From assembly GCA_038238025.1 (NCBI GenBank), contig JBBRYC010000013.1, positions 6,356-70,355 of the forward strand: DNA of 64,000 bases, given 5' to 3'. Shown piece by piece: positions 1 to 10,621 of the stretch. Under the pieces are notes generated by a model that had not been told where the DNA came from, searched no databases, and saw nothing but the letters and a program-made list of their open reading frames with translations. Source of the DNA: Chthoniobacterales bacterium (GTDB lineage: Bacteria; Verrucomicrobiota; Verrucomicrobiia; Chthoniobacterales; Chthoniobacteraceae). Each line of letters starts with the position of its first letter. Position 1 is the first letter of the stretch. The position numbers and the translations under genes are program-made.

Positions 1-191
1 TTCATGGCAATATGGGGTTGCTTGTGCGCCGGGCGGCAGCATCCCACGGGCGAAGGGCGGCCAGTCGTGTTCTCATCGGCGCACTGCGGTTTCATGCGCT
101 CCCGCCCCTTGGTAGCAAGCATTATCTCGCAAATTCCGACCGCTATGGCCGGGTCCGAACACTCCGCAAGCCGCTCCAGTTTCGCTCTCAT
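1..191 (-). CDS. possible N-terminal part of an unknown CDS running off the left edge
   Basis: A minus-strand ATG near 191 opens a frame (MRAKLERLAECSDPAIAVGICEIM...) with no stop before position 1. Third codon positions are GC-rich. It is absent from the ORF track only because it has no in-window stop. No recognisable motif. Confidence 0.25.
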   Translation of the reverse strand, partial: MRAKLERLAECSDPAIAVGICEIMLATKGRERMKPQCADENTTGRPSPVGCCRPAHKQPHIAM

Positions 192-337
192 CCTGTCGGC
201 AGTCCGATAGGAAAATGCCCGGCGGATCCTCATGCCCCGACGGGGTAAAATCATCCAGCCGAGAACTGGGACACAGCCACTGCCGGGGATTTCACCTAGC
301 CTTTCGCACACCGCCGGGATTCCTTGGTTGCCTCCGG

Positions 338-2539
338 ATGAAGCCATTTTTCTCCCACATTCTTCGCGGATTATTTTTCGCCGCCGCAGTCGGTGCGGGC
401 GCGGCGGAGGTGGATTTCCGCACGGACGTGATGGCGGTGCTCTCGAAAGCGGGATGCAATGCGGGCACTTGCCACGGGAATGCGATGGGCAAGGGCGGCT
501 TCAAGCTCTCGCTGCGCGGGCAGGATCCGGACCTCGACTGGCAGGCGCTCACGCGCGAGCAGGGCGGGCGGCGCGTGAACATGATCGAGCCCGCGCAGAG
601 TCTCACGCTGATGAAGGCGCTCGGCGCCATCGCGCACGAGGGCGGGCAGCGGTTCGATCTCGCTGCGCCGGAGTATGACATCCTGCTGCGGTGGATTCGC
701 AGCGGCGCGCGCGATACTGGCGCTGCGCGCAAAGTCGTGAAGCTCGAAGTGACGCCGACGGAGCGCGTGCTCGTCGAGCCTGCGAGCGAGGTGAAGATCA
801 AAGCGGTCGCGACTTTTTCCGACGGCAGCACGCGCGATGTCACGCGGCTCGCAGTTTTCGATCCGAACAATCTCGGCGTGAAGGTGAGCGTGGATGGTGC
901 GGTGACGCGCGAACACTTCGGCGAGACGACGGTGCTGGTGCGGTTCCTCGGGCAGCAGGTGCCGGTGCGGCTGGCGTTCGCGCCGGAGCGGAAGGATTTC
1001 GTGTGGGGCGATCCGGCGGCGGCGAACTTCGTGGACGATCACATTTTCAAAAAGCTGCGCACGCTGCGGATGAATCCCGCGGGATTGTGCGACGACGCGA
1101 CATTCCTCCGCCGCGCGTGGCTCGATCTGCTCGGCATCGTGCCGACGCCGGACGCGGTGCGCGCATTTTCCGCCGACACGACGGCGGACAAGCGCGCGAA
1201 GCTCGCGGACTCGCTGATGCAGCGCGGGGAGTTCGCGACATTCTGGGCGCTGAAGTGGGCGGACCTGCTGAAGATCGAGGAGCGGCAGCTCGACACGAAG
1301 GGCATGGAGGTTTTTCACGGATGGATTCGCAAGGCGATCGCGGAGAACAAGCCGCTGGACAAATTTGCGGCGGCGCTCATCGCGGCGCGCGGGAGCACCT
1401 ACACAAATCCGCCGGCAAACTGGTGGCGCGCGAACCGCGATCCCGTGACACGCGCGGAGAACACGGCGCGCGTCTTCCTCGGCACACAGCTCAACTGCGC
1501 GCAGTGCCACAATCATCCGTTCGAGCGCTGGACGCAGGACGACTACTACGACTGGACCAGCGTCTTCTCGCGCGTGGACTACAAGATCGTGGAGAACAAA
1601 AAGAAGGACAAGAACGACAAGAACGAGTTCAAGGGCGAGCAGATGGTGATGATGAAGCCGGGCAAGGCGAGCGTGCAAAATGCGCGCACGGGCACGGGTG
1701 CGAATGCGCGTTTCCTCGGCGTGGCCGCGCCGCTGAAGCCGACCGCCGAGCACGACGAACTCCAGTCGCTCGCGGAGTGGCTGCCGCATTCGCCGATGTT
1801 TGCGCGCACGCAGGTGAACCGCATCTGGGCGCAGCTCATGGGCCGCGGAATCGTGGATCCGTCCGACGATTTCCGCGCGAGCAATCCGCCGACGCACCCG
1901 GAGCTGCTCGATGCGCTCGCGAAGGAATTCACGACGCACGGCTACGACCTGCGGCATCTCATCCGCACGATCATGGCGTCGCGCACCTACCAGCTCGCGA
2001 GCAACGGCGGCGATGCGGATGACGAGGCGAACTATTCGCACGCGCTCATCCGCCGGCTCGGCGCGGAGCAGATCCTCGACTCGATGAGCACCGCGCTCGC
2101 CGCGCCGCTGAGCTTCCCCGACTGGCCGGGGACCACGCGACTCGCGGAACTCCCCGAGGGACGGAAGCACTATCACCCGATCAAGACCGACCTCGACCGC
2201 TTCGCGCTCGCCTTCGGAAAACCGCCGCGCCTCATCGCAAGCGATTGCGAACGCACAAATGAACCGACCGTCGCGCAGGCCTTCCAGCTCCTGAGCGGCC
2301 CGGTGATCAACGAATTGCTCACGCGCAAATCCAACCTGATCGGCAAACTGCTCACGACGACGAAGCCGGATGCGGAAATCGTCTCCGAGCTTTACCTCGC
2401 CACACTCTCACGCGAGCCGTCCGCGACGGAACTCGACCGCGCAAAATCCCACCTCGCCTCCGAGAAAGACAAACGCCGCGCACTCGAAGACCTCGCGTGG
2501 GCGCTGCTGAACGCGAAGGAATTTCTTTTCCGGCACTGA
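338..2539 (+). CDS. PSCyt2/DUF1549/DUF1553 (PSD1-type) secreted protein with Ig-like domain
   Basis: Track ORF 215..2539. The internal ATG at 338 precedes the signal peptide MKPFFSHILRGLFFAAAVGAGAA. Motifs: CHGNAMGKGGFKLSLRG (planctomycete cytochrome-C-like), a Big_2-like segment, and CAQCHNHPFERWTQDDYYDW (DUF1549/DUF1553 signature). Confidence 0.9.
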   Translation: MKPFFSHILRGLFFAAAVGAGAAEVDFRTDVMAVLSKAGCNAGTCHGNAMGKGGFKLSLRGQDPDLDWQALTREQGGRRVNMIEPAQSLTLMKALGAIAHEGGQRFDLAAPEYDILLRWIRSGARDTGAARKVVKLEVTPTERVLVEPASEVKIKAVATFSDGSTRDVTRLAVFDPNNLGVKVSVDGAVTREHFGETTVLVRFLGQQVPVRLAFAPERKDFVWGDPAAANFVDDHIFKKLRTLRMNPAGLCDDATFLRRAWLDLLGIVPTPDAVRAFSADTTADKRAKLADSLMQRGEFATFWALKWADLLKIEERQLDTKGMEVFHGWIRKAIAENKPLDKFAAALIAARGSTYTNPPANWWRANRDPVTRAENTARVFLGTQLNCAQCHNHPFERWTQDDYYDWTSVFSRVDYKIVENKKKDKNDKNEFKGEQMVMMKPGKASVQNARTGTGANARFLGVAAPLKPTAEHDELQSLAEWLPHSPMFARTQVNRIWAQLMGRGIVDPSDDFRASNPPTHPELLDALAKEFTTHGYDLRHLIRTIMASRTYQLASNGGDADDEANYSHALIRRLGAEQILDSMSTALAAPLSFPDWPGTTRLAELPEGRKHYHPIKTDLDRFALAFGKPPRLIASDCERTNEPTVAQAFQLLSGPVINELLTRKSNLIGKLLTTTKPDAEIVSELYLATLSREPSATELDRAKSHLASEKDKRRALEDLAWALLNAKEFLFRH

Positions 2540-2616
2540 TGACGCGCAGGCGTGGACGGAAGCCCACGTCCGCGCTCTCCCGAGCGCGCCTACGAGGGAC
2601 GCGAGACGTTCAAATC

Positions 2617-3180
2617 TCACGCAAACAGCACGGCCAAATCCAGGCGCACTTCTGGCAGCGCCGTGCTCGCAAGCGATGCAGGCGCCGCGACTGACACCGT
2701 CTCAGCGAAACCTTGCCCGAGCGGCTGGCGATACACTTCCACGCGCTTTTCCCCGGGGCAGACGATCCAATATTCGCGCACTCCGGCTTCCGCGTAGATA
2801 CGCGCCTTTGCGCGATCAATCTCCAGCGAACTCACGGCGACCTCGATGACGAGTTCCGCCTTCGCGGGATGCACCGTGCGGAAATCCCCCCGCGCGCCGC
2901 GAACCACCGCGATGTCCGGCTCCGGTTCGCTGTCGCCGAGTGTGAGCGGGCCTTCCTGACGGATGACGTGGCCGGGCTGGATCTGCCCTTCCAAAATCTC
3001 GCGGATGGCCTCAATGGTGTCGTAGTGGAGCGGTGACTTGGACATTTTTTCGATGACGATTCCGCAGATCAGTTCCGTGCGCCGGCCGTGCTCGTTGAAT
3101 TCGCCGAGCTGGTGATACTCCGCGACCGACAACGGCGAGAAGCGCTGGCGGATTGCGGGCACTTCGAGCAGGGCGGTCAT
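2617..3180 (-). CDS. Uma2 family (DUF820) restriction-endonuclease-fold protein
   Basis: 187-aa ORF. Family-typical segments: YHQLGEFNEHGRRTELICGIV, PEPDIAVV, AELVIEVAVSS and REYWIV. Confidence 0.85.
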   Translation of the reverse strand: MTALLEVPAIRQRFSPLSVAEYHQLGEFNEHGRRTELICGIVIEKMSKSPLHYDTIEAIREILEGQIQPGHVIRQEGPLTLGDSEPEPDIAVVRGARGDFRTVHPAKAELVIEVAVSSLEIDRAKARIYAEAGVREYWIVCPGEKRVEVYRQPLGQGFAETVSVAAPASLASTALPEVRLDLAVLFA

Positions 3181-3282
3181 GCTGTGAGGCTACCATGTTC
3201 GATCATCAAGACAAGCGTACTCTCCCGAGCGCGCCTGCGAAATGCCTCCCAATTTTTCCGCATCGTGCTCCTTTCTCCCTCT

Positions 3283-4674
3283 GTGAACCGCGACTTTGCC
3301 TGCCCCAATTTCCGTCACGCCATCACCCGCCGCCACGCGCTGAAGGTCGGCGGGCTCGGGCTGCTCGGCATGAACATGCCGGGCCTTTTGCGCGCGCTGG
3401 AGGAGCCGCAGCGCATCAAGCCGCGCGCGAAATCGGTCATCTTTCTTTTCCAGTGGGGCGGGCCTTCGCATGTGGACATGTTCGACATGAAGCCGGATGC
3501 ACCCGAGGGAATCCGCGGGCCGCACAAGCCGATGTCGAGCAAGGCGCACGGCATTGCGGTGAGCGAGAAACTGCCGCGCACGGCACAGGTGATGGACAAG
3601 GTGACGCTCATCCGCTCGATGCATCACACGATGAAGAATCACAACTCCGCGGGCTACTACGCGCTCACGGGGCACGCGCCGCTCACGGATGATCAGCGGT
3701 TGCGCGATTCGCTCGATCTTTTCCCCGGCTACTCCTCAATCGTGGACAAGCTCGCGCCCTCGGGTGGCGCGATGCCGACGGCAGTTTCGTATCCGCATGT
3801 GATCAGCGACGGCTCGGTGACGCCCGGCCAGCACGCGAGCTTCCTCGGCAAAAAGCACGACCCGCTGCTCGTGCTCCAAGACCCGAATGCGGCGTCCTTT
3901 TCGCTGCCGGAACTCAGTCTGCCGCAGGGCATCTCGATCGAGCGGATGCAGGCGCGGCGCGAATTGCAGAAGCTCGTGGATGCGCAGGCGCGCGTGATGG
4001 ATCACTCGGCGAGCGCGCGCTGATTTGACAGCTACTACGGGCAGGCGATGGCGATGCTGCAGTCGCCGAAGCTGCGCGATGCGTTCAATATTTCCGCCGA
4101 GTCCGCAAAGGTGCGCGACTCGTACGGGCGCACGACTTACGGACAAAGCTGCCTGCTCGCGCGGCGGCTGGTCGAGGCGGGGACGAAATTCGTGACGGTG
4201 TATTTTGCACCAAGCATCGGCGGACGGAGCACGACCGAGGGCGGCTGGGACACGCACGGATTCGACAACACGCGGATGTTTCCCGTCATCGAGAAATATC
4301 ACCTGCCCATCACCGAGCAGACGCTGCCGACGCTGCTCACCGATCTCGATGAGCGCGGGCTGCTCGACACGACGCTCGTGGTGTGGATGGGAGAATTTGG
4401 ACGCACGCCGAACATCAACAAGAACGCGAGCCGCGACCACTGGCCGCAGTGCTACACGACTCTGCTTGCAGGAGGCGGCGTGAAGCGCGGCTTCGTGCAT
4501 GGCGCGAGCGACAGGACCGGCAGCTACCCCGCGGAGAATCCCGTGCGGCCCGACGATCTCGCGGCGACGATCTACCATGCGCTCGGAATCGATCCGCAGA
4601 CGGAGTTGCAGACCGCGGATGCGCGCCCGGTTCACGCCGCGGACGGAAAGCCGATCAGCGCGATTTTCACCTGA
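3283..4674 (+). pseudogene. DUF1501 (sulfatase-fold, Tat-exported) gene interrupted by an in-frame TGA at 4021..4023
   Basis: Track ORFs 3088..4023 and 4048..4674 are in the same frame. Conserved DUF1501 sequence lies on both sides: SVIFLFQWGGPSHVDMFDMKPDAP upstream, and SPKLRDAFNIS..VRDSYGRT..WDTHG..MGEFGRTP..RDHWP downstream. Probable GTG start at 3283 before the Tat motif TRRHALKVGGLGLLG. Confidence 0.75.
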
Positions 4675-4687
4675 GAGGATTTTCGCG

Positions 4688-5638
4688 ATGAGGGTCATTT
4701 TCAATTTGCGGATCGCATTTTTCCTCGCTGCGCTGGCGCTGACAGGCATGGCTGCCGCCGCCGATGGCACAGGTGCGCCGCCCAAGGATGTCGCGGTGGA
4801 AAGTCACGCCGGCTATTTTGTCTCAAACAAGTTCGAGCCGGACGCGCCGACGTCGTTCGTCGTCGCGACGGATCAGGCGGCGTTCGACAAGGTGTTCGGC
4901 GTCGCGATGGTGATGCGCGATCGGTCGCACCGGCTGCCGACCGGCGTGTTCGAGAAAAAGATGGTCGTCGCCGCGATTCATCGCGGCAAGGCGATGGTGA
5001 CCTACGGGGCCGGGCACGCGAGCACCGATGGGAAGACGCTCGTCATCCGCTACACCGCGGATTCCGCGCCGAGCGCGAGCGCGGAATTTGCCTGCCCGCT
5101 GATCCTCTCGGTCACGAAGGGCGACTACGATGCGATTCAGTTCATCGAAAATGGAAAGCTGATCAGGACGGTGAAGACATCGCCCGGCCCAGCCTTCCAG
5201 ATTGACTGCAAGAATCCCGGCGAGGTCACGGCGGAGAGCACCGCCGGACAGACTGTCTTCACGATCCAGGCCGGGCGCGGAATCGGCAGCGCGACGATCC
5301 GGCCGGAGGCCGGGCAGTGGCCGCAGAAGGTGATTGTGCGCGCGCGTCTGGGCGGCTTGGAGCAATTCGCGATCTCCAGCGGCAAGTTGAAGCTGTCCGG
5401 CTCGGTGCTCAGCCACAGTGGAAACAGGCAGCTCTTGCACCTGTGGACGGATGGAAAAGAGGGACCGCAACTTCACAAGGACAGCAAATACTGGATGGAT
5501 ATCCGCATGCTCGGTGCCGACGGAAAGGACGTGAACGGGCTGCCGCCGAAAGGCGGTTGGTTTGAGATGATTGTTCCCAAAGCGCTGTTCACCGATGCGA
5601 AGGACCTGCGGCTGGATTGGATTGATTTCTACCGTTGA
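4688..5638 (+). CDS. hypothetical secreted protein
   Basis: Internal ATG of track ORF 4499..5638, followed by the signal peptide MRVIFNLRIAFFLAALALTGMAAAA. Coding-like composition. No recognised domain. Confidence 0.7.
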   Translation: MRVIFNLRIAFFLAALALTGMAAAADGTGAPPKDVAVESHAGYFVSNKFEPDAPTSFVVATDQAAFDKVFGVAMVMRDRSHRLPTGVFEKKMVVAAIHRGKAMVTYGAGHASTDGKTLVIRYTADSAPSASAEFACPLILSVTKGDYDAIQFIENGKLIRTVKTSPGPAFQIDCKNPGEVTAESTAGQTVFTIQAGRGIGSATIRPEAGQWPQKVIVRARLGGLEQFAISSGKLKLSGSVLSHSGNRQLLHLWTDGKEGPQLHKDSKYWMDIRMLGADGKDVNGLPPKGGWFEMIVPKALFTDAKDLRLDWIDFYR

Positions 5639-5846
5639 GAGGGCATTCAACGGCCAACGCACGGGGGAAAAACAAAATGGAAAGGGCGATGGCGCGTTTG
5701 GTGTTCGCCCTGAACTGTGAGTTTTCGCCTTCGTATTATGTATTTTGAACTTTGCATTTCCTGCTCCTCATCGGCCATCGAGTCCCACTCCGGCGACAAG
5801 GATGGACATTTCCCCTGCGCGGCGGCATCACTTTTCCCAAATCCCC

Positions 5847-7394
5847 ATGAAATCATCCCTCCTGTTTCTCTGCGCGTTCGCCGCTGCATCCGTGCTCCAC
5901 GCCGCCGATGCGAAGCGACCGAACATCGTCTTCATTTTCTCGGACGACCACGCGTATCAGGCCATCAGCGCATACGGCGATCCGCGCAAACTGATCGAGA
6001 CGCCGAACCTCGATCGCATCGCGAAGGAAGGCATGAGGCTCGACCGATGCCTCGTCACAAATTCCATCTGCGGGCCGAGCCGCGCGACGGTGCTCACGGG
6101 AAAATATTCGCACAAGAACGGCTTCTACAACAATTCGAACAGCAAGTTCGACGGCTCGCAGGTCACCGCGCCGAAGCTGCTTCAGGCGGCGGGATACCAG
6201 ACGGCGGTCATTGGAAAATGGCATCTCATCAGCGAACCGACGGGGTTTGATTTCTGGCAGATTCTTCCGGGGCAGGGCGTGTATTATAATCCGCCGATGG
6301 TTCGCAACGGCGAACGCATCAAGAGCGACGGCTACGTGACGGACATCATCACCGATGCGTCGCTCGACTGGCTGAAGCAGCGCGACAAGACGAAGCCCTT
6401 CCTCCTCATGTGCCAGCACAAGGCGCCGCACCGCGAGTGGGAGCCGGCGCTGCGGCATCTCAACCACGACAAGGATCGCAAATACGACGAGCCGCCCACC
6501 CTTTTCGACGACTACTCAGGCCGCGGAATCGCGGAGCGCGATCAGGACATGACGATCGCAAAGACGATCACGCCGCGCGACATGAAGCTCATCACGCCCG
6601 GCAATCTCACGCCCGGGCAGAAGAAGGAATGGGACGCATATTACGAGCCGCGCAACGAGGCGTTCCGGAAGGCGAATCCCACCGGGAAGGAACTCACGAG
6701 CTGGCGCTACCAGCGCTACATGCACGACTACCTCGGCTGCGTGAAGGCCGTGGACGAAAGCGTGGGCCGCGTGCTGAAGTATCTCGACGACGAGGGCCTC
6801 GCGGAAAATACCATTGTGATGTATTCCGCCGATCAGGGATTTTTCCTCGGCGAGCACGGGTGGTTCGACAAGCGCTGGATCTTCGAGGAATCGCTGCGCG
6901 CCCCGCTGCTCGTCCGCTGGCCCGGCGTGACGAAGGCTGGCAGCACCACGCGCGACATCGTCTCGAACCTCGACTTTGCCGAGACCTTCCTCGACGCCGC
7001 AGGCGTGCCCGTGCCGAAGGAAATGCAGGGCCGCAGCATCCGCCCCGTCCTCGCCGGCACGACGCCCGCCGACTGGCGGAAGGCTTTCTATTACCAATAC
7101 TACGAGTATCCGCAGCCACACCATGTGCGCCCGCACTACGGCGTGATCACGGACCGCTTCAAGCTCGTGCAGTTCTACGGCACGGGCGAGGACTACACGG
7201 AGCTGTTCGACTTGCAGAAGGATCCGCAGGAAATGAAGAGCGTATTCGGCCAGCCCGACTACGCCACGACGCAGAAGGAACTCCACGCCGAACTCGCCAG
7301 GCTCCGCAAGGATCTCGATGTGCCGGAAAAGGACGCGCCGGAGGCATTCGGAAACAAACCTCCCGGAGCTGGCGGGAAAAAGACAGGGAACTGA
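5847..7394 (+). CDS. sulfatase (formylglycine-dependent, arylsulfatase/N-acetylglucosamine-6-sulfatase-like)
   Basis: Signal peptide [19 protein letters not shown]. Motifs [11 protein letters not shown] and the C-x-P-x-R active-site motif [13 protein letters not shown]. Sulfatase-fold sequence continues to the C-terminus. Confidence 0.9.
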   Translation: MKSSLLFLCAFAAASVLHAADAKRPNIVFIFSDDHAYQAISAYGDPRKLIETPNLDRIAKEGMRLDRCLVTNSICGPSRATVLTGKYSHKNGFYNNSNSKFDGSQVTAPKLLQAAGYQTAVIGKWHLISEPTGFDFWQILPGQGVYYNPPMVRNGERIKSDGYVTDIITDASLDWLKQRDKTKPFLLMCQHKAPHREWEPALRHLNHDKDRKYDEPPTLFDDYSGRGIAERDQDMTIAKTITPRDMKLITPGNLTPGQKKEWDAYYEPRNEAFRKANPTGKELTSWRYQRYMHDYLGCVKAVDESVGRVLKYLDDEGLAENTIVMYSADQGFFLGEHGWFDKRWIFEESLRAPLLVRWPGVTKAGSTTRDIVSNLDFAETFLDAAGVPVPKEMQGRSIRPVLAGTTPADWRKAFYYQYYEYPQPHHVRPHYGVITDRFKLVQFYGTGEDYTELFDLQKDPQEMKSVFGQPDYATTQKELHAELARLRKDLDVPEKDAPEAFGNKPPGAGGKKTGN

Positions 7395-7711
7395 CGTGCC
7401 CGCCCGCTGCCAGCCGTGACGACACACTCCGACAACGCATGGCTCGAACGGCGATTCAGCGCCGTGCAGAGGTATGCTGCGGAGCACCCGGGCGGATTCG
7501 TCTGCATCCTCGACCTCCGCGTTTCACATGCGGAGACACGGCCATTTTCGCTCGGGCCGTGGCTCGAGTGGGCCGCGCTCTCGGCACTCGCAGTGTTTGC
7601 CGTCTGCGACTGGATATCTTCGCAGTCTGAGTCCGCCACGCATCCCGGCGGCGGCCCTGTGCAGTTCGCCGAATCCACTTTCCCCTCCGACCTTCCAACA
7701 ACACCCCAACA

Positions 7712-8329
7712 GTGAACATGAAGCCAATCCTCCTTTTCCTCACACTCGCATTCCTCACCCTCGCCGCAGGCGCGGAGCCGATTGATGACTTCCTTTTCCC
7801 ACCCGACCTCATCGTGCGGGCTCAGGAGGATGTGAAGCTCACCGAAGAGCAGCGGAAGAGCCTCCGCGATGCGACGGACAAGATGGATGCGCGCTTCCGC
7901 GAGCTTCAGGAACGGCTGAAAGTGGAGAACGACGCCTTCGTCGCACTCGTCAAGGAGGGGCATGTGGACACCGCCGCCGCACTCGCGCAGCTCGACAAGT
8001 TCCTCGACGCCGAGCGCGAGATGAAGCGCGCGCAGATCGGATTCATGCTCACCGTGAAGAACGTGCTCACGCCCGAGCAGCAGGCAAAGCTCGGCGCCTT
8101 CCGCAAGGCGCAGGGCCTCGACCGCCCCTCGATGGAGGAATTTCAAAAACGGCTCGTCACGAAAGCCGAGCGAATCCGCATCGGTGTGGAAAAGCTCGCG
8201 GCTGGCGGCGGCGACACCGGCCCCGTCGCCGCCATCATGGAGGAAGTCCGCAAGCACATGGAGCAGGGCAAGCCAAAGGACGCCGAGGCGGCCATTGATC
8301 GCGCGCTGAAGGAACTGGAAGGCAAGTAG
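7712..8329 (+). CDS. Spy/CpxP-like periplasmic LTXXQ-motif protein
   Basis: Signal peptide MNMKPILLFLTLAFLTLAAGA. Two LTXXQ motifs (KLTEEQRKSL and VLTPEQQAKL). Helical, charged composition. Confidence 0.8.
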   Translation: MNMKPILLFLTLAFLTLAAGAEPIDDFLFPPDLIVRAQEDVKLTEEQRKSLRDATDKMDARFRELQERLKVENDAFVALVKEGHVDTAAALAQLDKFLDAEREMKRAQIGFMLTVKNVLTPEQQAKLGAFRKAQGLDRPSMEEFQKRLVTKAERIRIGVEKLAAGGGDTGPVAAIMEEVRKHMEQGKPKDAEAAIDRALKELEGK

Positions 8330-8644
8330 CGCTGAGCTTCGGCCTCCCGGAAAAACCCGGCCCTGACGGCACGCCTCCGCCAGCCTGCTCCCCCCCGCTC
8401 TCCCTCTCGCCAAGTCTGCTTTCAGCCGCACTGTCGCAGGCGGAACGGGGCAGGCGTATTCCCCGGGCACCGGCTGCTCACCGGCCAGGACCAGTTCGAA
8501 ATCGACCGCACCCGACTAACTGCAGCCACTATGGCTACGGTAAATTACTCGTGAGCGACCACATCCATATCCATGTAAAAATCCCCGCGGAACGGGAGAA
8601 GTAAGCACCGCGCCGAAGCTTTATCTTTCCAGACCTAGCGCGCT

Positions 8645-8870
8645 CAGTTCCTTGCCGGAGCCGGATGGGCGACCAGATTCGCCACGGCTTGCTTCAGCGT
8701 TTCCTGAGCGGCGGCGTCGGCGGGGAGCGCATCGGCTCCGAATGCGGGGAGCAGATGATACCAGATGGCGTTTAGCTAGGTTTGAAAGGCGTTCGAGTCG
8801 GCGGTGATCGCGACACGGCATCCTTTTCGGGAATCACCACGCAGAGCCGGCCGGCGCGACCGGCGCCGGA
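8645..8870 (-). pseudogene. degraded duplicate of the last ~75 codons of the serine-hydrolase gene at 10622..11734
   Basis: About 80 percent nucleotide match to 10622..10850. It translates as GRAGRLCVVIPEKDAV...NAIWYHLLPAFGADALPADAAAQETLKQAVANLVAHPAPARN*, against GRAGQLCVVIPEKDAV...NAIWDHLLPAFGTEALPADAAALDKLKQAVANLVAHPVPAKK* in the intact gene. A 1-nt deletion and a premature stop lie near 8772. Confidence 0.75.
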
Positions 8871-8978
8871 CGAATGGTGCGGAGGGGGCTTCGGAAGGTC
8901 TCTTGATTGCCGCGCCGGGGGTGGCGCTTGGGAAATTCGTTTTACGGCTTGGCGGCGGCTTCCTAAAACGGGCGGACC

Positions 8979-10592
8979 ATGAAAATCCTCCCGCTCCGGC
9001 TCCGCGATGTCTGGCTTGCTGCGCTGATGACTTTTGGCCTCACCGATGGAGCGGCGGCGGCTCCGTTGGATCTGGATCGCGACCCGGCTTGGGCCGGGGC
9101 GTATCGAGCGGCGCCGATGGAGGTGGAGGAGACGCGGGTCTTCATGAAGCAACTCGCGCAATACGTCTTCGACCATCACATGAAGAAGACGGAGAGTTCG
9201 CCGCAGCGCGGGATCATTTACGAATATCTGCACGTGGCGCAGGCGGGAAAGCCGGACGGGTTCATCCAGGGCGAAGCGCTCGATACGATGCACGATGGGG
9301 CGTGGTTTGCGGTCGCGTTGGTGCAGGCGTATCGCGCGACGGGGGATGCTTTTTTCAAGGAGGTGCTGACGAAGTGGCAGCTCCCTTTTTACCTCAAGAT
9401 GCTGAATCACTCGGACGAGCTTTTCACCGCGGAGCGCGACGACGGAATTGATGTGGGCTGGGGCAAGGGAAAGGAGTGGCTGCTGCTCGGGCGCGAGAAG
9501 GGCTTTGTGCCGTATTGGTGGGAGGATGGCGCGTCGGTGAGCCTGGAGATGATCGTGCGGAAGACGGAGCACCTGAATTTTCCCGGCCGCAATGAACTGG
9601 CGGGCCAGCCGAACCCGGAGAAGCGGCTCGCGGGGTATTCGCTCGGCTCGTCGAACCACATGGCGCAGGATCTCGCGGTGATGCTCGAGCAGTCCTGGCT
9701 GCTGCTGCACGGGAGCGCGGAGGCGGCGGATCAAAAACTGGCGGGCGAGGTGGCGGAGGCGGCGCGCAATCTCGCGGATTGCCGCGCCCGCCATGGCGTG
9801 CCGAATATCCCGGCGGTGCGGGCGGCGCTGGCGATCACGAGCGGCGATGCGGCGATGCGAAAGTCGCTGCCCGACGTGACGTGGAAAGGACTGGAGTCGG
9901 GGCGCAACGACTGGCGGCACGCGACGGTGGAGTTCAAGCCGGATGAGCAGGTGAAGGTGCCGACGTTTTGCGATGACCAGGAATACAGCTACTTCACCGG
10001 CGTCGCGCGCGATGGCACGCTGAGCGAGCCGCTGGCGTTTCGACTCACTTACGATGCCTTCACGCTGCCGAAGCTCTATCGCGCGTATTCCGACGACAGC
10101 GAAGTCCCGCCGGGCATCGGCATTTTTGAATATCCGTATTTTTTCGTGAATGGAAAACCGGCGGACACCCGTTCGCAGCGCAAGGGCCCGGCGGGGCGGC
10201 CACGGCCGATCGGTTCGCGTTTCGGCCCGCAGAATATGGTGGTGACGGGCTGGGCCCTGCAGGCGCTGCGAGCGCACCCCGGCTTGTGGGACACGGCGAG
10301 GAAAATGATCACGAAGCCGAACTATTTTCCGCCGGAAAATGAGGCGGACATCCGCGCCGCGCTCGAACGCGAGCTCGGCGGCGGGCTCCGCACCTGGCAG
10401 GCGATCTTTCAGGCAAAGGGCTACATCCCGACCGGCATCGGCACGGGCGGGACGGGCGCGGGTTTTCCATGGGACGACATCTCAGACACCGGGGGCTACG
10501 CGCATCTCATCAGTGCCGCGGCGCAGTGGATTTTTCTGCTCGAAGGCAAGACGGACTGGGCCTCGCAGCGAGTGCCTGAACCGCAACGGTAA
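8979..10592 (+). CDS. hypothetical secreted protein (possibly alpha/alpha-toroid glycosidase-like)
   Basis: 537-aa ORF with an N-terminal signal-like segment MKILPLRLRDVWLAALMTFGLTDGAAAAP. DTMHDGAWFAVALVQAYRATGD resembles six-hairpin glycosidase folds, but the family is not recognised with certainty. Confidence 0.75.
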   Translation: MKILPLRLRDVWLAALMTFGLTDGAAAAPLDLDRDPAWAGAYRAAPMEVEETRVFMKQLAQYVFDHHMKKTESSPQRGIIYEYLHVAQAGKPDGFIQGEALDTMHDGAWFAVALVQAYRATGDAFFKEVLTKWQLPFYLKMLNHSDELFTAERDDGIDVGWGKGKEWLLLGREKGFVPYWWEDGASVSLEMIVRKTEHLNFPGRNELAGQPNPEKRLAGYSLGSSNHMAQDLAVMLEQSWLLLHGSAEAADQKLAGEVAEAARNLADCRARHGVPNIPAVRAALAITSGDAAMRKSLPDVTWKGLESGRNDWRHATVEFKPDEQVKVPTFCDDQEYSYFTGVARDGTLSEPLAFRLTYDAFTLPKLYRAYSDDSEVPPGIGIFEYPYFFVNGKPADTRSQRKGPAGRPRPIGSRFGPQNMVVTGWALQALRAHPGLWDTARKMITKPNYFPPENEADIRAALERELGGGLRTWQAIFQAKGYIPTGIGTGGTGAGFPWDDISDTGGYAHLISAAAQWIFLLEGKTDWASQRVPEPQR

Positions 10593-10621
10593 AGTGAAGG
10601 CTGCTGTGTGGGTGAAGCGGT

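Noticed and set aside
4021-4023. Selenocysteine recoding of the in-frame TGA in the DUF1501 gene.
   Set aside because: I see no convincing SECIS-like stem-loop in the 60 nt downstream; the only candidate is a weak GGCGA..TCGCC stem. DUF1501 is not a family I know to use Sec at this position. It remains a low-probability alternative in the finding.
7416-7715. 99-aa ORF in the sulfatase-Spy spacer, together with other 60-100-aa ORFs in intergenic regions (for example 8621..8821, 17896..18372, 25288..25620, 52145..52506).
   Set aside because: No motifs or signal sequences. Several are simply translations of the repeat elements or of the hydrolase gene fragment. The composition is not coding-like.
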